Positions 59,703 through 64,000 of a stretch of DNA of 64,000 bases are shown piece by piece. The notes beneath the pieces are model-generated. The model saw only the letters and a program-made list of their open reading frames with translations. It had not been told where the DNA came from and did not search any database. Origin of the DNA: a virus. Each line of letters opens with the position of its first letter. Position 1 is the first letter of the stretch. The stretch spans positions 678-64,677 of the IMG/VR virus record IMGVR_UViG_3300020045_010174; one strand, 5' to 3'. The translations under genes and the position numbers were made by a program.

Positions 59703-59722
59703 AAATTAAATAGGAGAACTAA

Positions 59723-60175
59723 ATGGTAAAAAAAGAAACAAAAGAAGAAGTGAAAAATACAGTAGATGATGCAGAATCAGAACAACCCCAGGATGTTATC
59801 ATTGAAAGTGATAAACAATTCACTATCTTTCATACGATTGGAGCAGATCCCGAGTTTTATGTATCACATGGAACTGATTATAAATTGGCAACAATTGATA
59901 TCCAATCACTACATACCGGAGAAATATATGCTCATCCAGTAGTATTTGTGATTGATTCGAAGGAAGATACTATGGATATGATTCCTTTCGGTGCTGTTGC
60001 TAAACTCAGATATAACTGGGGATATAAAGAGGAGTCTGCAAAATTTGTTACTGACCTGAAAGAACTTAAAAAACAGGCAGCAACCGCCAGGAAGAAAAAT
60101 CAAAAACAAAAAGAGGGGAAAGTAGCCGATATGGTTATGCCAAAAGAAAATGACTATCTTCATCAGTATGGATAA
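59723..60175 (+). CDS. truncated Amidoligase_2-like N-terminal domain protein with Lys-rich tail
   Basis: 'TIGADPEFYVSHG' matches the GxDPE motif of the three amidoligase paralogs; the GGHIHIG core is absent. Confidence 0.35.
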   Translation: MVKKETKEEVKNTVDDAESEQPQDVIIESDKQFTIFHTIGADPEFYVSHGTDYKLATIDIQSLHTGEIYAHPVVFVIDSKEDTMDMIPFGAVAKLRYNWGYKEESAKFVTDLKELKKQAATARKKNQKQKEGKVADMVMPKENDYLHQYG

Positions 60176-60297
60176 AATATGAAATTGAGTAAAATTTTAT
60201 GTATACTCAATTGGCATCTTCATGTTAAATGGGAAGATAAAAGAGAGATGGTTATAGTATGCAGAACATGTGGTTTTAGTGAAAGCATATATTACAT

Positions 60298-60537
60298 ATG
60301 AGAAAAATTATGGATATAATACCAAAAACAACTTTAGATGTGATGGCTAATATAGCCATTCTTGGAGCAATAGTGGTATCCTTAGGATACCCCTTCATTG
60401 CAAATGTATTGTGGATGATAAGTAATCCATATATGTTGTGGCACAATAGGAAAATAAATCAACCCGAACAAGCAAAAATGTTTCTTACATATACTCTGGT
60501 GAGTCTGTTTGGAATTATAAATCTATGGCCAAAGTGA
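60298..60537 (+). CDS. small TM protein
   Basis: Two hydrophobic helices. Confidence 0.4.
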   Translation: MRKIMDIIPKTTLDVMANIAILGAIVVSLGYPFIANVLWMISNPYMLWHNRKINQPEQAKMFLTYTLVSLFGIINLWPK

Positions 60538-61145
60538 TAACACTCGACACGAGAGAAAATAAAGATTCATTTATAGCATATTTAATAGATGCTGCAAATA
60601 AGAGGGGCTATACAATTCAGTTGAAAGCCCTTCCTTTTGGTGATATACAATTCGAAAATATCATCATAGAGAGAAAAGAGATAAATGATTTCTGCTCAAG
60701 TGTATGTGGTAATAGAATGTATGAACAACTCGCTCAAATGAAAGCAAATCTTGAATACACATCTATTATTGCATTGTCCGGCACATACAATAACTTGTGG
60801 AAAAATAATAAAGATAAAATCCCAGCACTTAATGGTGCATTGATGCAAATTTTAGCATGGGGTGTTCCAGTTATGCACTGTATAAGCGATGAAGATCTTG
60901 TGGATAGAGTTCTAAATGTATTTGAGTATTCCAGACCGATAGATGTTCCTATCAAACATGTCACCAAAGATACTCAAATTTCTCTATTTGCAGCACTCCC
61001 AAGAGTTGGGAGAAAAAATGCTAAAAAAATACAGAAGAAGTATAATAATATGATAACACTCTGCACCATACCAAAAGAAGAATTGCAAACTTTATTGGGC
61101 CCAGTAAAGGGAGAGGAGATATTCAATGCCCTCAGAAACATCTAG
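60525..61145 (+). CDS. XPF/ERCC4-family nuclease with C-terminal helix-hairpin-helix
   Basis: 'FGDIQFENIIIERKEINDF' (GD...ERK...D nuclease motif); C-terminal 'ALPRVGRKNAKKI...LGPVKGEEI' HhH. Confidence 0.55.
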   Translation: MAKVITLDTRENKDSFIAYLIDAANKRGYTIQLKALPFGDIQFENIIIERKEINDFCSSVCGNRMYEQLAQMKANLEYTSIIALSGTYNNLWKNNKDKIPALNGALMQILAWGVPVMHCISDEDLVDRVLNVFEYSRPIDVPIKHVTKDTQISLFAALPRVGRKNAKKIQKKYNNMITLCTIPKEELQTLLGPVKGEEIFNALRNI

Positions 61146-61392
61146 ATGTTGTATATGCAACAGGGTAGTTAAGATAAATTGCACTGGTAAAATATACAAT
61201 GATCTCATTTACTGTATGCCGGACTATAGGGAATTTATTTTAATGCCAAAACTTAAAGGAAAAATATGAGTAATATGACAAGGCTAATGGGTAAAGAGTT
61301 CAAAGAAAAACATTCTTTCAAATTACTGAGCCCGGAGGAGATGAAAGAACACATGTTGAAATTTAAAAAATCTGGGGGAGGAGGATAATTTT

Positions 61393-63201
61393 ATGAGTGA
61401 AAAATTAATAGAGGAATATGTGGGGAAAAGTAGTTGGAGATCAAATGCCAATGCTAATTGGAATTATAGTTTTAGTGGTTTACAGTCTCATATAGCGGGA
61501 ACCATATTAGCTAAAGATGCTATAAATAAATATGGGAAATATGGGAAACGACATTCGGATGGAAGTTATCATATTCATAATCTCGAGGCTGGAGTTTATG
61601 GAAGATATTGTAATGGTAATGATCTTATGGGATTATTACAAAAAGGTTTATATAATCCATCTGGTGTATCGGCAAAACCCGCCAAACATTTCTCAACGGC
61701 CTTGGATCATATTGTTAATATGACCTATATTTTGACGGGGGAATTCGCTGGGGCACAAGCCTGGAGAGATATGGATATCTTACTGGCTCCATTTGTGAAG
61801 AAAGATAACCTTGATTACAATGAAATAAAGCAAGAAATTCAAGAAATGATATGGTCGTTTTCATTTCCAATGAGACCATCATTCCAAACACCATTTATAA
61901 ACCTTACATTTGGACTCAAGCCTTCGAAATATTATAAGGAATTGACTCCAATAATCGGGGGAGAATATATAAAAGGTGATACCTATTCCGATTACCAGGA
62001 TGAAATTGATACAATCAATGAAGCATTTTTAGATATTATGATCGAGGGGCCGGGGGATGGTAAACCATTTACCTTCCCACTCCCAACTTATAATATCAAT
62101 AAAACATTTGATTGGGATAACAATATCAGTGATAAAATATTCGAACTTGCAGCAAAATGGGGAACACCATACTTCGCCAATTACATTAACAGTACAATGA
62201 GTGAAGAAGATGCTCTCAGTATGTGTTGTAGACTTCGTTTGAATTTAAAAGAAGTTCAAAGAGTATCTGGTGGTATCTGGAATTTCGGTTCCAATACTGG
62301 ATCCCTCGCGGTATTTACTGTGAATTTGCCTCGAATAGGATATATGGCGAATGGTAATGAGGAAAAATTCTTCAAGATTCTTGATACTGTACTTCAAGAC
62401 GGTAAAGAATATTTACTGATGAAGAAGGATTATATTAAGAAATCTACGAAGCTTGGTTTATTTCCAATGACAAATAGTTATGTTGGAGATAAATTAACTA
62501 AAACATATTTCCTAACTATAGGCATCAATGGATTAAATGAGTGTTCTATCAACTTTTGTAATGAAGATATTCTAAGCAATAATGACTGGTGTGAGAATGT
62601 TTTAAAACATATTGCAGCCAAAGTGCTTGAGTTCCAAGTTGAGACCGGACATCTGTTTAATTTCGAAGCAACTCCCGGTGAAGGATGTAGCTACTCATTG
62701 GCAAGAATTGATACAGAAAAGTTTCCTGGTATATTTACACAGGGATCTGTGGATTCACCATACTATACTGGATCATCTTTAATCCCATCCAATATGGAGA
62801 TAGGAATTATTGATGCGTTAAAACATCAGGAACAACTTCAGAGACATTATACCGGAGGAACTGTTTTCCATATAGATATGGGAGACAATTCTGGTTGTGG
62901 TATATCTGGGATAAAAGATATGATACGAGCCACATGCACTCACAACACACTTCCATATATCACATGGTCTCCTTCCTACAGTATCTGCCCAATACATGGA
63001 AAGAACTTAGGAAAAGGAAATTGTTGTGAAAAATCTGAAGTGTATAGTAGAGTAGTGGGATACTATCGTCCAGTCGATAGATGGAATATTGGTAAAAAAG
63101 AAGAGTTTAAAACAAAACAGTTTTTTAAAGAAATGAAACCAACGGATATAAAAGAAATTCCGTATACAATAGATGAAAATGGTGAAGTTATAGTAGAATG
63201 A
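61393..63201 (+). CDS. nrdD: anaerobic ribonucleoside-triphosphate reductase (class III RNR)
   Basis: 602 aa. C-terminal zinc ribbon 'CPIHGKNLGKGNCCEKSE' followed by glycyl-radical motif 'RVVGYYRPV'. Other conserved regions include 'FANYINS' and 'MCCRLRL'. Confidence 0.85.
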   Translation: MSEKLIEEYVGKSSWRSNANANWNYSFSGLQSHIAGTILAKDAINKYGKYGKRHSDGSYHIHNLEAGVYGRYCNGNDLMGLLQKGLYNPSGVSAKPAKHFSTALDHIVNMTYILTGEFAGAQAWRDMDILLAPFVKKDNLDYNEIKQEIQEMIWSFSFPMRPSFQTPFINLTFGLKPSKYYKELTPIIGGEYIKGDTYSDYQDEIDTINEAFLDIMIEGPGDGKPFTFPLPTYNINKTFDWDNNISDKIFELAAKWGTPYFANYINSTMSEEDALSMCCRLRLNLKEVQRVSGGIWNFGSNTGSLAVFTVNLPRIGYMANGNEEKFFKILDTVLQDGKEYLLMKKDYIKKSTKLGLFPMTNSYVGDKLTKTYFLTIGINGLNECSINFCNEDILSNNDWCENVLKHIAAKVLEFQVETGHLFNFEATPGEGCSYSLARIDTEKFPGIFTQGSVDSPYYTGSSLIPSNMEIGIIDALKHQEQLQRHYTGGTVFHIDMGDNSGCGISGIKDMIRATCTHNTLPYITWSPSYSICPIHGKNLGKGNCCEKSEVYSRVVGYYRPVDRWNIGKKEEFKTKQFFKEMKPTDIKEIPYTIDENGEVIVE

Positions 63202-63269
63202 TGGGGTACTCTTACCCATACTCACTATGCGATCGGGCCTCATATCGAATCCTGGAGGCTCGTTTTTTT

Positions 63270-63593
63270 CTATTTTAGAAAAATACTTGACAAAAATTGC
63301 AATATAATTATTGCACTTGCTCCGACACCCATGAAATAATATTGTCTTTTTTCAATTGTTTCTAGCTTCTCATCGAGTTTATCTACACGCTTACTTACGA
63401 GACAATCTTCACATGATATGCCCTCAATCTTCGATATGAATAAAGTTTGCATTGCTGCATGTGATTCGTCATTACTTTTTTGGAATTGCATAAATAACTC
63501 CGTGATTCTTTCGTTCAATACCTCAAATTCATCCATGTTTTTTCTCCTTCGTTTTTTTAATTCTTCTAAAATAGGTGATCCCACCCGGGGCAA
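63270..63593 (-). CDS. coiled-coil protein with C-terminal TM anchor, hypothetical
   Basis: 107 aa, convergent with nrdD; 'YYFMGVGASAIIILQFLSSIFL' TM segment. Confidence 0.4.
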   Translation of the reverse strand: MPRVGSPILEELKKRRRKNMDEFEVLNERITELFMQFQKSNDESHAAMQTLFISKIEGISCEDCLVSKRVDKLDEKLETIEKRQYYFMGVGASAIIILQFLSSIFLK

Positions 63594-63626
63594 TTGCCCA
63601 CTAACCCCTTTTCCCCTACGTTGATT

Positions 63627-64000
63627 TTGGTATACTCACCGTTTTATTTCCAACCGCATTTGGATCTTCTGGTGATAATGACCAGTTTTTATTATAAGTT
63701 ATTGTTGTTTGTGCTGAGTAATCACCCGTGGCTACGTGCATCGTTGTATTGGTATCAAGTAGTGCATAACCCGCAGCCATTGTTTTTTTGGCATTTGCCC
63801 AAGAAAATCCATCTCCGCTATCATCAGATTTATTTATATCAACATATACATCGGTGATGGATATAGTTGCAAGTATACTCGTATCCCCGTGAGAAGTGAA
63901 AGATGTGGAAAAATTTATATTTGTACCAGTTTGTTTTCCGCTTTCCCTATAATAAGTATGGCTCCCAGAAAGATCGTGGGCAATTTCACCATTTGAATCT
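63627..64000 (-). CDS. C-terminal part of a minus-strand protein running off the window edge
   Basis: Manual reverse-strand translation gives an open frame '...DSNGEIAHDLSGSHTYYRESGKQTGTNINFSTSFTSHGDTSILATISITDVYVDINKSDDSGDGFSWANAKKTMAAGYALLDTNTTMHVATGDYSAQTTITYNKNWSLSPEDPNAVGNKTVSIPKST*' with a stop at ~63627. It is absent from the track because the start lies outside the window. Confidence 0.4.

Noticed and set aside
63594-63857. Plus-strand 87-aa ORF at the right edge
   Set aside because: Aromatic-rich low-complexity translation; it lies antisense to a much more protein-like minus-strand frame that stays open to the window edge (63627-64000).
1-64000. Integrase / prophage att boundaries, rRNA genes, CRISPR arrays
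   Set aside because: No tyrosine/serine recombinase motif, rRNA-like segment or repeat-spacer array was recognisable anywhere in the window. The tRNA fragment alone is insufficient evidence for an att site.

Overview
This 64 kb window reads as a densely packed, AT-rich (roughly mid-30s % GC by eye, not computed) dsDNA genome segment of a tailed virus or similar large mobile element; the host is probably an anaerobic archaeon. The archaeal inference rests on two ER/archaeal-type signal peptidases (His in box D), an A/V-type ATPase proteolipid, an XPF/ERCC4 nuclease, an AEP primase and TATA-like boxes about 30 nt upstream of several starts. The left end (1-5.8 kb, minus strand) holds a packaging module: large terminase, a small Zn/HTH protein and a large portal-like protein. 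Every other convincing gene from 5855 to 63201 lies on the plus strand. Modules along the plus strand, left to right: (i) small Zn-ribbon and hypothetical proteins, a YkgJ-like CxxCxxCC protein and a papain-like protease. (ii) Two large non-coding regions with iteron-like and inverted repeats (9.2-10.4 kb, 12.2-12.85 kb). (iii) An HNH endonuclease and a stand-alone ATPase c/K proteolipid. (iv) Two to three tRNA or tRNA-like genes and a tRNA-Leu(CAA). (v) A secreted-protein cassette with three multiheme c-type cytochromes (13 CxxCH motifs) and an ER/archaeal-type signal peptidase I; a second paralogous peptidase lies just beyond the first tandem array. (vi) Large tandem arrays of overlapping, translationally coupled paralogous ~65-aa genes (~21 copies in four arrays, plus ~5 scattered or degenerate relatives). 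(vii) A SpoT/Mesh1-like HD alarmone hydrolase and an SPFH/band-7 protein. (viii) A ~11 kb locus with three Amidoligase_2 (glutamine-synthetase-like) paralogs, a RimK-like ATP-grasp ligase, two class-II (Ntn) glutamine-amidotransferase-like proteins and four small Zn-ribbon proteins sharing an N-terminal 'FTQIIFPP' tag. (ix) A replication and nucleotide-metabolism module: Cas4-like nuclease, family-B DNA polymerase, RNA-ligase-like enzyme, MazG, dCMP deaminase, AEP primase, D5-like SF3 helicase, XPF/ERCC4 nuclease and anaerobic RNR NrdD. The most interesting candidate for a new system is the amidoligase / ATP-grasp / GAT-II locus with its leader-tagged Zn-ribbon proteins. It is flanked by the hyper-expanded tandem mini-gene family and sits in a genome that also carries multiheme cytochromes.
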